From IMG/VR virus record IMGVR_UViG_3300012942_000068, positions 1 to 45,813 of that record: 45,813 bases of DNA; one strand, given 5' to 3'. Positions 25,537 through 34,851 of the stretch are shown piece after piece. A model generated the notes under the pieces. The model ran no database searches and was not told where the DNA came from. It worked only from the letters and a program-made list of their open reading frames with translations. Positions within the stretch are counted from its first letter, which is position 1; each line of letters begins with the position of its first letter. Both the position numbers and the translations under genes were made by a program. The DNA is from a virus. Taxonomy: Duplodnaviria > Caudoviricetes.

Positions 25537-25901
25537 TCAACTTCTACCAGAGGGCTAATAATGTCGAGGTCGGACACAAAGCGATATTTCTTTCCGTCGA
25601 TGGGGGACGTGTGGAACTTGCCAACGTACTGTCCAATCAATACTCGATCACCGACCTGGCAATAGTCAGTCGATTTATCTGACCATGCGTCAGGGCCAAT
25701 TTCCAGGACCGTCGCAATAACAGCACGTTGCTCTTCTGCATGCACAGTCTTTTCGACCAGCACAATCCCGCCCTTTGATTTTTCTTCTATCTCTTCGGGG
25801 ATCAGCAGAATGCGATGCCCCGTAGCTCGAAAGCCGCTTTTGTTTTCAGGATTCGGGCCTTTGCCCGTGCAGCGCCAACCAGGTTGCAGATATTCAGCCA
25901 T
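25533..25901 (-). CDS. groES: GroES/Cpn10-like co-chaperonin
   Basis: GHRILL.P...EEKSKGGIVL (mobile loop), TVLEIGP, VGDRVLIGQYVG, DGKKYRFV.D.DI. Confidence 0.88.
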   Translation of the reverse strand: MAEYLQPGWRCTGKGPNPENKSGFRATGHRILLIPEEIEEKSKGGIVLVEKTVHAEEQRAVIATVLEIGPDAWSDKSTDYCQVGDRVLIGQYVGKFHTSPIDGKKYRFVSDLDIISPLVEVE

Positions 25902-25902
25902 T

Positions 25903-26169
25903 TCAGATTCCTTCCCTGCTTCTGACTTCCTCCGCAGCAGCTTCTCTCGTTTCCTCAAGATTAGCCAGGATTTGGTCGATGGTTTCAATTTGAGCCAACC
26001 CTCTCATGTTAAGCATCAACGTCTGATCGGTTGACTCACCTGTGTAGGATTTTCGCCCCCACGCCTCAAGAATAGCTTGCCGATCCCCTCGCAGTCCACT
26101 CAGGAAGCTCTTCGTAACAGGGTTCTGGAACCAATGTAACCAATCTGCAGCAGAAAATTCATCGTTCAT
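25903..26169 (-). CDS. hypothetical protein downstream of portal
   Basis: W..NPVTK motif; ATGA overlap with the portal stop. Confidence 0.7.
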   Translation of the reverse strand: MNDEFSAADWLHWFQNPVTKSFLSGLRGDRQAILEAWGRKSYTGESTDQTLMLNMRGLAQIETIDQILANLEETREAAAEEVRSREGI

Positions 26170-28427
26170 TGTTCAGTTCCTTCCGGTTGATTGTTTTCCC
26201 GATCAGCTGCTTCCTGTTGTGACAGCCGATCATGCACATCCAGCAGCATCTGATGATGCTTCTGCTCCATGTCAGTCTTGGCAGTGTGGCCTTTGAGCAT
26301 CAGCTCCGCTCCCCTCATGATAGTATCATTGTGCAGTTTCAATGCACCAATGCGAGCATCGATCATTGCAATCTGCTGCTTACTATCAGCTGTTTCAGCA
26401 TCCTTGAAGTGTTGCGTAGCTTTTGCTCGAAGCTCTAAAATCTTTGCCCTGTTGAGAGCAACGGTTTGTTGAAGATTTGCTACCTTCAGCATCATGTCGT
26501 CGTGATGTTCCTGCTGCTGTTGCTGCAGTTTGCTCTGCTCAAGCTGAATCTTCGGATCAGCCGGCGGTTTCACAGCATTCGGACCGGTCGGATCAGGGAA
26601 AATTTCATCCACATTCCAATCCTCGGCTTCCAGCCACTTCTTAGCTACAACTGCTTTGTCCCACTGTGCCCCAATAGGAGACAGGGCAGCCTGCACAAGT
26701 CGTGCAGCCCGATCACGACGTTGCTGACCGCTGATAGCGGAAGGATCTGCTGTTGGCTGAATCCTGAATCGCCCTTGCTTGTAGTCATCCTGCGAAATGA
26801 TTGCATCCGGGCCTTGCGTCAACTCCCACCAGTCAGGGCTTGTGTGCAGGTACAGCCGATTCAGGTCAAAGTAAATCGTCAGTTCTTCTCTGAAAGCCCT
26901 GTACATCCGAGTGTAAATGCCGCTGAACAGCATCATCCCCTGCTCGACGGTGGTCTGTGCAGTTGTTGCCGGAGTGTTTTGTCCAGGAGCAACACCAGTC
27001 ATAATATCCGTGGCACTGGCAATCTTCTCACCATACTGAATCAAAATCCCCAACAGGTTGAACAATACCTGAGAAGGCTCCCGAACCGGAAGCGGTACAA
27101 TACTCTTCCGAAGATCATCCCCCATCCCGTCTACATGCTTCCATTCGAAGGGGTCGAAGGTAGTTTTGCCTGCCTTCATACGAGCACCGCGAGCAATCCA
27201 GCCACCGCCAGTGTTGCTCATCGTCCCTGCATCGATCAGCTGGTTCAGCAAGGTGTCGACAGCTTCATTAACCGGCCCGAGCAGAATCCCAAGCCCCATT
27301 CCATAGAAACCACCATCAGGGGAGGGGACAAATAGGTATTTCGTGAATGTCCTTACAGGATCAATCCGAACAATAACATTGTCCTTACGATTCTTAATTG
27401 CTTGTGCCCTCTTTTCGAAAGCACTAGCCTGCTTTGGATCTTCAGCCATCTGAGCCAGGTGCTCATACTGCCGCATGCTGGTATCGAACTTCCGATGAAT
27501 ACTGCCATCGTCAAAATAGCGAGCTACAATGCGGTACAGATGGCCGCTGTCTTCGCGGACGCTGAAGATGTAGGGCTCTGCATAGCCATCCCCATCTAAA
27601 TCCAGCCATCCGTACTGCTCAACCAAGCGAATTTCTTCTGGCTCTGCATTAGCAGTCAGTCCCTGCGTCATTCTGGCAGTCACTTCCAGAATGTTTGTCA
27701 TCAACTGATCAGGGGTCGGCTTTTGCTGAACTTCTTCCTTGATGAAGACTCCACGAGCAACACGCTCTTGGATCTTGTTGAAGCTCATCGGGATGACATG
27801 TGAGGCTCGACCCGCAGTATCAATGTCAGTGCAGTGATAGTCCACCACGAAATACTGCGCGGGGACGAACTCCCCTTTGTTTTTACCTTCGACTGGGTCG
27901 AAGTAACTCTTCTTGAAGCTCGATCCCAACAGACATGCGGCAAACTTAGTCTGTTCATCAGCATCAGCCCACCGAAGATTCTCATCAGTAAGCTGCATGC
28001 TCATATGTGTGGAAATGCGCTTCGCTCGCTTGGTTTTCAATCCTTGAAGATCAGATCCAATTGGCTTCAAATCAACCAGTGAATTTCCCTTCGTCATGAT
28101 CGAAATGCGAGCAAGGAACTGCAGCGCCCCAATCGTTACAAGCGGAAACTTCACATTGGAAGCATTTGTCCATGGGAAGGTTTTGATTTCCTTGTACTGC
28201 AGAGCAATCTTCATCGCAGAAGCATGACGATTCGCCCACTCCGTCCGGCTGCTAAGATCCTTCACATAACCACCGAGCACCCATCGACCTATCGCCAGTC
28301 GCTCATCATCATTGAGCTTCTCTGCAATGTTCGAAGAATTGAGCAAATACTGCAGATCAAAGCTCTGACCAATTTCCGGCGTGGGCGGCATTGCTACTGT
28401 ATCTTGTTGTCCGATTGTTGATTGCAT
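26166..28427 (-). CDS. portal protein
   Basis: ~750 aa after TerL; KTFPW.NASNVKFP, LDLDGDGY.EPY, GFYG.G, NQLIDAGT.SN, long C-terminal coiled coil. Confidence 0.9.
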   Translation of the reverse strand: MQSTIGQQDTVAMPPTPEIGQSFDLQYLLNSSNIAEKLNDDERLAIGRWVLGGYVKDLSSRTEWANRHASAMKIALQYKEIKTFPWTNASNVKFPLVTIGALQFLARISIMTKGNSLVDLKPIGSDLQGLKTKRAKRISTHMSMQLTDENLRWADADEQTKFAACLLGSSFKKSYFDPVEGKNKGEFVPAQYFVVDYHCTDIDTAGRASHVIPMSFNKIQERVARGVFIKEEVQQKPTPDQLMTNILEVTARMTQGLTANAEPEEIRLVEQYGWLDLDGDGYAEPYIFSVREDSGHLYRIVARYFDDGSIHRKFDTSMRQYEHLAQMAEDPKQASAFEKRAQAIKNRKDNVIVRIDPVRTFTKYLFVPSPDGGFYGMGLGILLGPVNEAVDTLLNQLIDAGTMSNTGGGWIARGARMKAGKTTFDPFEWKHVDGMGDDLRKSIVPLPVREPSQVLFNLLGILIQYGEKIASATDIMTGVAPGQNTPATTAQTTVEQGMMLFSGIYTRMYRAFREELTIYFDLNRLYLHTSPDWWELTQGPDAIISQDDYKQGRFRIQPTADPSAISGQQRRDRAARLVQAALSPIGAQWDKAVVAKKWLEAEDWNVDEIFPDPTGPNAVKPPADPKIQLEQSKLQQQQQEHHDDMMLKVANLQQTVALNRAKILELRAKATQHFKDAETADSKQQIAMIDARIGALKLHNDTIMRGAELMLKGHTAKTDMEQKHHQMLLDVHDRLSQQEAADRENNQPEGTEQ

Positions 28428-28428
28428 G

Positions 28429-29925
28429 TCAGTATCCTGTGGTAGCATTGCGGCCTGCATGGCCAGGCGGATCATCGCGTCGAGCTTCCAACTCTTCCTC
28501 TGTCATGAAGTCCTCTTCAGTCATCATAGGCAGGGAGTCAAAGCCTCGCGACAGAATAGCGGAAGAATCGAATTGATCGTCCAGAATCGCGTCACTATAA
28601 CCAGTGAAGCGTAAGCATTCGTGTTCATATTCTGGGTACCATTCAGCCTGTTTGTCGAATTTGCAGGTGAGGGTTTTCATCCTCTTCTGCCATGAGCGGC
28701 CACGCGTTGCTTTGTCTTTTACTGATGGCAACGGGACAATATTGAGAAAGCAATTCTTCTCCCTCATTTCAGCTATCAGGATTGGCTCAATCGCTTTCCA
28801 GATTACCCCATCCTCAACAAACCAAACTTCAGGATGAATGTGCTTCTCCATTTCAATCATCTTGTCAATGATTTCATCCGTCGCCCATCGATCCTTCATC
28901 TGATGAAAGAAGTGCAGATAGTTATGGACAGTACGGCCAGCAAATGTCAGAGAGGTTCGATTGGCTTTTTGATTTTTACTGATAGCAAAATCCACACCAG
29001 CACAAATTTGCACATCAGCCTCAAAGTCCTCATCCTCCATTGGCTGGAAATACTCTTTTTTGAGGTAGCCATCTGTGTTGTCGTAAGGGTCGTTGAGGTA
29101 CTCTTGGGAATAGCCTGAACTGTCATTATCATCGATGTAGCGCTGACGAATTGCCTTCAAATCATCTTCAGTGAACTGCTCTGGCCAGAGAATCTCTGAG
29201 AAGTCATCATAGGCTTTGTGGGCCTTGTAGAACTTCACCTGCCAGCTCTTGTTCTCTCGGGTCTGTTTGTGGAAACGTGCCAGTAAAGAGTCTTCGTGCA
29301 GGATCGTTCCATGCACCCTAACCTTACCGCCCCTACGTAAGGCAGGAAGAACGGCTCGGTTGAACCACTTTCTGAACTTCTCACGACGCTCTTTGTTTTC
29401 AACCTGCTCATCATCTTCCAAGTCGTCGCAAACGATAAGGCCCGGACGCATACCACGCCATTTACGACCGCGAAGTTTCTGTCCAGAACCACGAGCAAGA
29501 ATACGGAACTGATGGCCATCATTGAATTCAACAATGATTTCAGTCTTGCTATTGGTGATAAACCCTTTGATTTCGAAGTCTTCAATGAGTTCTTCATTTT
29601 CCGTCAACTCTCTGGCGATGTCGCCCAAGTGTTCAATGGCCAGTTCTTCGTTAGTGGAGATGAGGATGACATACGACTCAATTCTGAACAGAACTGTAGC
29701 AAGAATAAATACATGAGTCAGTGCAGAACTTTTCGCATGCCCGCGAGGCGCGATGACAGAAGCCTGTGGAACAGGGGAAGCATACAGTTCCCAACCCTCT
29801 CTGTGAAACTGTGGGGTGGGTTTTGGTTCGTCAAATCCGCTGTACAGGTAAGCAACAGCAAAGCCTTCAATAAGCTCTGCCGTTAGGACGGTCTTCTTGA
29901 GGGAAGTCTGAAGTTGGTTAGCCAT
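28429..29925 (-). CDS. terL: terminase large subunit
   Basis: Walker A APRGHAKS, Walker B IVCDDLE, GTILH coupling motif, QEYLN, nuclease GVDFA and DDQFD. Confidence 0.95.
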   Translation of the reverse strand: MANQLQTSLKKTVLTAELIEGFAVAYLYSGFDEPKPTPQFHREGWELYASPVPQASVIAPRGHAKSSALTHVFILATVLFRIESYVILISTNEELAIEHLGDIARELTENEELIEDFEIKGFITNSKTEIIVEFNDGHQFRILARGSGQKLRGRKWRGMRPGLIVCDDLEDDEQVENKERREKFRKWFNRAVLPALRRGGKVRVHGTILHEDSLLARFHKQTRENKSWQVKFYKAHKAYDDFSEILWPEQFTEDDLKAIRQRYIDDNDSSGYSQEYLNDPYDNTDGYLKKEYFQPMEDEDFEADVQICAGVDFAISKNQKANRTSLTFAGRTVHNYLHFFHQMKDRWATDEIIDKMIEMEKHIHPEVWFVEDGVIWKAIEPILIAEMREKNCFLNIVPLPSVKDKATRGRSWQKRMKTLTCKFDKQAEWYPEYEHECLRFTGYSDAILDDQFDSSAILSRGFDSLPMMTEEDFMTEEELEARRDDPPGHAGRNATTGY

Positions 29926-30511
29926 TCGTTTTAGCTTCAGTTACTTCAACATCAATTACATTCTCAGTCCGCTGTGCTTTTTGACGATCCATCGCTTCTA
30001 AAATGCGATTGGCCACTCGTTCGGAGGCGGTCATCGGGACTTCGTCCGGAGCAGGTAATTTTTCAGGCTCTTTCTGCCCCATCCCTAGAGCCTTCACCCC
30101 AAGCTCTACTGCTTTCAACACAGTCATGTCGGGAAGAGCCTTGCCAGCATCCAGCTTCTCATTGAGCACATGCAAAGCACGAACTGTCAGCGCACGAAAG
30201 CGTTCATCGAGTGTCGCACTGATGGAAGGGTCAGTGATTTCAGCCCTTCGAGGCTCCAGTGCATCCTGAAATGCCTGTGTGGCGAGCACTGCTGCAAACC
30301 AGCTAGGGGCTCTGCCAAAGAGCGCAGCAAGTTCCTTGTGGCTGAAGGAAGGATTCTGGATGATGATATCGACAAGTAATTCTGGGCTGTAGTGAAGGAA
30401 GTTCTGAGTCATGACCTTCGAACCTTCAGCTTTCACCTGCGCAAGCCCGGTTGAAGGGCCGTCCGCAATGCTCTGCGCAATAGCAGCAAAGTCATCATCT
30501 TGGCTCATCAC
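29918..30511 (-). CDS. terminase small subunit-like HTH protein (paralog 2)
   Basis: HTH (HKELAALFGRAPSW); directly upstream of TerL; VIDVEV tail. Confidence 0.72.
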   Translation of the reverse strand: MMSQDDDFAAIAQSIADGPSTGLAQVKAEGSKVMTQNFLHYSPELLVDIIIQNPSFSHKELAALFGRAPSWFAAVLATQAFQDALEPRRAEITDPSISATLDERFRALTVRALHVLNEKLDAGKALPDMTVLKAVELGVKALGMGQKEPEKLPAPDEVPMTASERVANRILEAMDRQKAQRTENVIDVEVTEAKTNG

Positions 30512-30846
30512 CGCCCCCGAGCAATAGTAGCAATACTGAGAGCATCAAGCGCCATTGCGGCACTGGCCTCCGAACTGTCCAGCCGTTCTTGGATGATGTC
30601 GATTGCGCGATGCGTAACGTGACGCAGCCGTTCATCGAGGTTCTTCTTAATAACAGGATCAACAGTCAGCGCCTTCCGTTCAGCAATTCGAGCTTGGAAG
30701 CTGTCGGACTTGCGGATGTGGCTGACCCAACCTTCACTGTAATCGAAGATTTCCGCCAGTTCGCGATTCGTAACAGTTGGTTCAGCAAGAATAAGATCAA
30801 TCATTGCTTCGTGACTGTACTTCAAGGGAGTGCGGGGCAAGTTCAT
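30508..30846 (-). CDS. terminase small subunit-like HTH protein (paralog 1)
   Basis: AGGAGG SD before ATG 30846; HTH NRELAEIFDYSEGW; colinear similarity to the next gene. Confidence 0.7.
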   Translation of the reverse strand: MNLPRTPLKYSHEAMIDLILAEPTVTNRELAEIFDYSEGWVSHIRKSDSFQARIAERKALTVDPVIKKNLDERLRHVTHRAIDIIQERLDSSEASAAMALDALSIATIARGR

Positions 30847-30968
30847 AACGACCTCCTGCTGTGAAATTAGCTGCATCATCGCACGCCCACGAGGAAAGAT
30901 AAAGGGGCAACTGCCAGTAAGAAACAATTGTAGGGTCGGAACAGCACTCAGCAAAGTAAATTATGTAA

Positions 30969-30996
30969 ATTAATCCAGATTAATCCCGGTGGAAAA
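30969..30996. repeat. palindromic element, copy 9 (left arm degenerate)
   Basis: ATTAAT-CCAG-ATTAATCCCGGTGGAAAA. Confidence 0.85.
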
Positions 30997-31399
30997 CTCC
31001 CTATCGAAGTGCCGATCGTGCTGCAATGTGAGTAATTTATCGGAACCTGGCGTCGCGCCTTATATACTTTTTGAAAAAATAAAAATTTTCACTGGCGATA
31101 ACAAGGAAGCTAGAGACGAATGGCTAGTCAGGTTCCACAGAGTGCCAAAACTTTGCAAAATTTGGGAAAGTGCCTTGCGAATTTTCACAGCATCCCCGAA
31201 TTTTCCCCCTCCGCCCCCTCGTCGCGCTGTCATTTTACATAACGTCCAATTATCAACGTCGCATCGCACCAATAGCACGATCGTTCGTACCGGCAAGCCG
31301 TGTGATTGCAATACTCGTCACCGCGTGCTAGGCTGGCCGATGATGGATGGAGTGATGTAGGGGCGAGCGGGCGTGAGTGGATAGGAATGGTGGCGGGGA

Positions 31400-31597
31400 A
31401 TGCCATGCACGCTAGGGCGCGCTCACTTGAATGCCTACGATAACCTCTCTATCTATGTCGATGGCTGCTCGTTCCAACGTGTCGTCGCCAATAGTAATAG
31501 GCGCGAACGCAGGCTCCGAAAAAATGTAGAGATAGTAGTTGCAATGATGGCTGAGATGATCTATGATGTAGTCATGGTTAACGAACGGAGCAAATGA
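31400..31597 (+). CDS. hypothetical early protein
   Basis: First + strand ORF after the divergence region; weak support. Confidence 0.4.
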   Translation: MPCTLGRAHLNAYDNLSIYVDGCSFQRVVANSNRRERRLRKNVEIVVAMMAEMIYDVVMVNERSK

Positions 31598-31766
31598 TGA
31601 GTACATGGGCGAAATTGGTCATAGACTGTTGCTATGACGGTGACTACAACCTTGCACGAATGATTGCGGCACGGATCATTGCGGGCGATTACTAACAGGT
31701 CGAAACGGGCTCCGGCCCGTATGTACGTTAGGCGTGCACTGGCGAGACCAAACGGGAGAATCAAAC

Positions 31767-31958
31767 ATGGCATTCTATGTGATGGTGCAGTTGCAATTTG
31801 GCGCGCAAAAAGCCTATTGGCACCCTGCTTTCGAATGGGAATCGAAAGAAGAGGCAGATGATGTCGTTCAAAGTTTACCAATAAGGTACGGCGAAATAGA
31901 TCGCCGCATTATTGAGGGCAAAGCCTCAGGGGATTGTCGAGAACATCGCCCCTGCTAA
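31767..31958 (+). CDS. hypothetical early protein (MAFYVMVQLQF...)
   Basis: GGGAG SD before ATG 31767. Confidence 0.6.
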   Translation: MAFYVMVQLQFGAQKAYWHPAFEWESKEEADDVVQSLPIRYGEIDRRIIEGKASGDCREHRPC

Positions 31959-32015
31959 CAAGCCCGAAATCCCCGCAAGGGGATCGACACGTAATGCGTG
32001 TCCTGATGATGGGCA

Positions 32016-32055
32016 TTTTCCGCCGCGATTAATATCGATTACTCACGGTGGAAAA
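32016..32055. repeat. 40-bp palindromic element, copy 10
   Basis: TTTTCCGCCGCGATTAAT-ATCG-ATTACTCACGGTGGAAAA. Confidence 0.92.
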
Positions 32056-32073
32056 CTCAATTACGGAGGCTGT

Positions 32074-32295
32074 ATGCGTATCTATTGGACAATCGTTGCA
32101 ACGGTGCTGCTCATTATTGTGGGCGCCCATCGACTCGCCGTAGGGACCGCATTCATTCGGGATGGCATTGCTGCGTGTTCTATTGCCGATACCCCGAATG
32201 AATGCCTCAATTGGCTAGCGGGGGATCCCCTCACGCGCACTCAGCTGGAATTCCGCCGCGAGGATTTGGAATACGCACGGAACCTCGCAAAATGA
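32074..32295 (+). CDS. small membrane protein (MRIYWTIV...)
   Basis: GGAGG SD; N-terminal TM helix. Confidence 0.65.
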   Translation: MRIYWTIVATVLLIIVGAHRLAVGTAFIRDGIAACSIADTPNECLNWLAGDPLTRTQLEFRREDLEYARNLAK

Positions 32296-32435
32296 AACAC
32301 CATCAATTCGCCCGTGGCTGGTCCGAATGCAACCGTCAACCCGTTGCATCCGATGCCGTCGAATGCGTTGCAATTCTGTTCTCGCATGGGCTGACGATTG
32401 CATTCGTGTTAACCGTTGTCTCTTTCTGCTTGTAA
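32292..32435 (+). CDS. small membrane protein
   Basis: ATGA overlap; C-terminal hydrophobic stretch. Confidence 0.5.
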   Translation: MKHHQFARGWSECNRQPVASDAVECVAILFSHGLTIAFVLTVVSFCL

Positions 32436-32534
32436 TTGTTGTAACATTCGCCACATAGCTCTAAGTTTGTACTATGCTGTCCATGTGAGTCGCGGGAACG
32501 GTCCTGCACTCCAATCACTCTAGCGAGGCTCAAA

Positions 32535-33188
32535 ATGACCAAAGTTGCAAACGGTAAAAAATCCACCATCTCCGCTGACATCTTCGGATCGGTGCTCACG
32601 CTCACGTTCGCCAACGGGCAGGAGGTTGTAGTTGATGCGGCGCAATTGTCGGAGAAGATCCGCAATGCTGCGATGATGCACGGGCTGAAGCAAAAACTCG
32701 TGGACGCGGCTGCATTGTCGCGCAATACCGAAACGGGCCTCCCGGCATCCGTCGCGGACAAGTTCGATGCGGTGAACAAAATCGCGCAACGATTGGTGAA
32801 GCCGGATGGCGAATGGAACGAAGGCCGCACGGGCGGCAATCCTCTCGGCGGTGGGGCGAACATTCTCATCCGCGCGCTGATGCAGATGACCGGGAAGGAC
32901 AAGCCCTATGTGGAGGATTTCCTCTCAGCAAAAACGAAGGAAGAGCGCGCTGCATTGCGCAAAAATCCGAAGGTGCTGGCGATTATTTCCGAACTGCAAG
33001 CTGCGACGGTGAGCAACGGCGTCAATACGGACAGCCTGTTGTCGGAACTGGGCGTGAGTGATGGGCCGGGCGACTCCGATGACAACGACGACGATGAGGC
33101 TGACGAAGTCATTCAACCCGAACCGCCGCAACAAAAGCCCAACACGCGCACGAGCAAGAAGAAGCTCGCGACGGCCTCCGCCGAGTAA
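32535..33188 (+). CDS. early protein, paralog A
   Basis: GAGG SD; HGLKQKL.D, GEW, L..AL...TGK, AALRKNP motifs shared with 34957..35586. Confidence 0.85.
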   Translation: MTKVANGKKSTISADIFGSVLTLTFANGQEVVVDAAQLSEKIRNAAMMHGLKQKLVDAAALSRNTETGLPASVADKFDAVNKIAQRLVKPDGEWNEGRTGGNPLGGGANILIRALMQMTGKDKPYVEDFLSAKTKEERAALRKNPKVLAIISELQAATVSNGVNTDSLLSELGVSDGPGDSDDNDDDEADEVIQPEPPQQKPNTRTSKKKLATASAE

Positions 33189-33205
33189 CAAGTGTTGTTA
33201 ATGCA

Positions 33206-33243
33206 GGGCCATTCTGACGTTACGGAATGGCCCAATTGTTTTT
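33206..33243 (+). terminator. intrinsic terminator
   Basis: GGGCCATTC / GAATGGCCC followed by AATTGTTTTT. Confidence 0.75.
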
Positions 33244-33291
33244 ATACTTAAACCGTCGAATGACGGGGGCTACGGCGGAGGTTTGCTAACT

Positions 33292-33426
33292 ATGATCGGC
33301 AACACGACCAAACAGTTTTTGCTGTACATTGCATACAAACGTGCATGCACGGCGCAATGCACTCAACCCGTCACATATGGTGCATGGCTATGGCTGCGCG
33401 GCCTCTCTACCAAACGACCGTGGTAA
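33292..33426 (+). CDS. small hypothetical protein (44 aa)
   Basis: GGAGG SD; translated by hand MIGNTTKQFLLYIAYKRAC... Confidence 0.55.
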   Translation: MIGNTTKQFLLYIAYKRACTAQCTQPVTYGAWLWLRGLSTKRPW

Positions 33427-33441
33427 TCGGAGGTTGTTGCG

Positions 33442-33525
33442 ATGTTCATTGTCCGCATGGTTGTCAATCTGATTCTGTTTTTCATAGGAATATGCTGGTT
33501 AGCAGCGCACGGTTATTTTAACTAG
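33442..33525 (+). CDS. 27-aa single-TM peptide (MFIVRMVVNLILFFIGICWLAAHGYFN)
   Basis: GGAGG SD; almost entirely hydrophobic. Confidence 0.5.
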   Translation: MFIVRMVVNLILFFIGICWLAAHGYFN

Positions 33526-33564
33526 CAAAGTGCGCATACGGGGTCGAGGGTTCGCAGGGTGGTT

Positions 33565-33580
33565 TGTTTCACGTGAAACT
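33565..33580. promoter_or_regulatory. parS: chromosomal-type parS site
   Basis: TGTTTCACGTGAAACT, 15/16 match to TGTTTCACGTGAAACA; perfect 14-bp core palindrome; between predicted genes. Confidence 0.75.
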
Positions 33581-33604
33581 TTCTCTTTCTCAACGGAGGC
33601 TCGT

Positions 33605-33808
33605 ATGCGTCAATTTCAGGTGATAGTGGAACATTCCGGGCAGCACGTTTTTTCGACGGATTGGGTAACGGGGCGCGAGAAGGCAGAGCCATTGGCAATG
33701 TTGCTCGCATCGAAATTTCCCACTCCCTACGTGATATTGGTTGCGGGTCGGACGATTGACCTTCACAGCGTGGAGTGGAATGAATTCGTGGCGGGAGAGC
33801 TTGCTTAA
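33605..33808 (+). CDS. hypothetical protein (MRQFQVIVEH...)
   Basis: GGAGG SD before ATG 33605. Confidence 0.7.
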   Translation: MRQFQVIVEHSGQHVFSTDWVTGREKAEPLAMLLASKFPTPYVILVAGRTIDLHSVEWNEFVAGELA

Positions 33809-33813
33809 ACTAG

Positions 33814-33853
33814 TTTTCCTCCGCGATTAATGTGGATTAATCACGGTAAATAA
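33814..33853. repeat. 40-bp palindromic element, copy 11
   Basis: TTTTCCTCCGCGATTAAT-GTGG-ATTAATCACGGTAAATAA. Confidence 0.95.
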
Positions 33854-33867
33854 TGGAGGTTGTCAGT

Positions 33868-34056
33868 ATGATGCGCAAATATACGTTTAAAATTCACACG
33901 ACCAGGCAGATTAATCCTATTGTGATAGTTTGCTTGGCTCGCCATGATTATGATGCGTTTAAAGTTTATTGTGAGGATATTCGAGTTCAGGCCATCAGCT
34001 ACTCTGAGCACATCAAAACCGAATTCATGTCGGAGAAAGCTAACAATGCCGATTAA
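33868..34056 (+). CDS. hypothetical protein
   Basis: GGAGG SD before MMRKYTF. Confidence 0.6.
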   Translation: MMRKYTFKIHTTRQINPIVIVCLARHDYDAFKVYCEDIRVQAISYSEHIKTEFMSEKANNAD

Positions 34057-34258
34057 TCATCCACACCCGTCCCTGAAGAATCTGTGCGAAATTGCCAAGG
34101 ATACGCCTTTGAGCTATGCACCTGGCAATTGGGCGCAATCCGAGAAGGCAATCTGGTGTATGGGATTTTGCGAGGCCCTGACCCTTGTACTGGCCTACAT
34201 TGATGGCCGCGCCATGGATGGACTGGATCCACAATCAGGTACGCGCCCACACGGCTAA
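34046..34258 (+). CDS. hypothetical protein (MPINHPHPS...)
   Basis: GGAG SD; overlaps the previous stop. Confidence 0.55.
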   Translation: MPINHPHPSLKNLCEIAKDTPLSYAPGNWAQSEKAIWCMGFCEALTLVLAYIDGRAMDGLDPQSGTRPHG

Positions 34259-34443
34259 ATCGGCGCACAACGGGCTGCAGTTCGCCCGACCATGCAACGC
34301 CTATCCGAGAGTCGCAACCCGTCACAGGGGACCGATTACTTAGATGGGCGTTGCTACTTGTCGCTAACGGGGCAATGCGGGGAAATGGGTAAAATGCCGG
34401 GGAAAACTCGAAACCCCCCTTTAAGAATTTTGGAGAATTCAGT

Positions 34444-34851
34444 ATGGCTAGGTCAAATAAGTATGAGGATTTTAGTCCAGCATTCGAGCAATTATTGATT
34501 CGTGCCTATGATGCTTTGCAGCATGGAGCAGAAGAATTTCCGGTTGACTTCAACGATCAAAAGACTGCTCATGCGTTACGCTTTCGAACATATGCATATT
34601 TTCGAATGCTCAGGGAATGTACATTGCGCCCCGATTTAACTGCACTGTGCTCGAATTTAAGTATTCGTGTTGCTAACTGTACTATGTTCATTTATCGGAA
34701 AGGCGACGATAAAGATGCAGATGCTCTATCCAAAGCTTTGAAATTACCAGAAAATTTCAGCATTTCGCATCGTGATGCCCTCAGTATCTCCACGCCACTT
34801 GACAAAAACATTGAAAAATTGCATTCGATCCGCAAACAAAAGTCTCAGTAG
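34444..34851 (+). CDS. hypothetical protein
   Basis: GGAG SD; 135-aa ORF. Confidence 0.7.
   Translation: MARSNKYEDFSPAFEQLLIRAYDALQHGAEEFPVDFNDQKTAHALRFRTYAYFRMLRECTLRPDLTALCSNLSIRVANCTMFIYRKGDDKDADALSKALKLPENFSISHRDALSISTPLDKNIEKLHSIRKQKSQ

Noticed and set aside
32447-32475. sigma70 promoter for paralog A (TACTAT)
   Set aside because: -35 region (TTCGCC) is poor and there is no extended -10; not supportable by eye
33905-34060. GATTAATC at ~33910 and ~34051 (also ATTAAT at ~16067 and ~25498) as extra repeat copies
   Set aside because: Only the core hexamer, without CCGN arms or a second core
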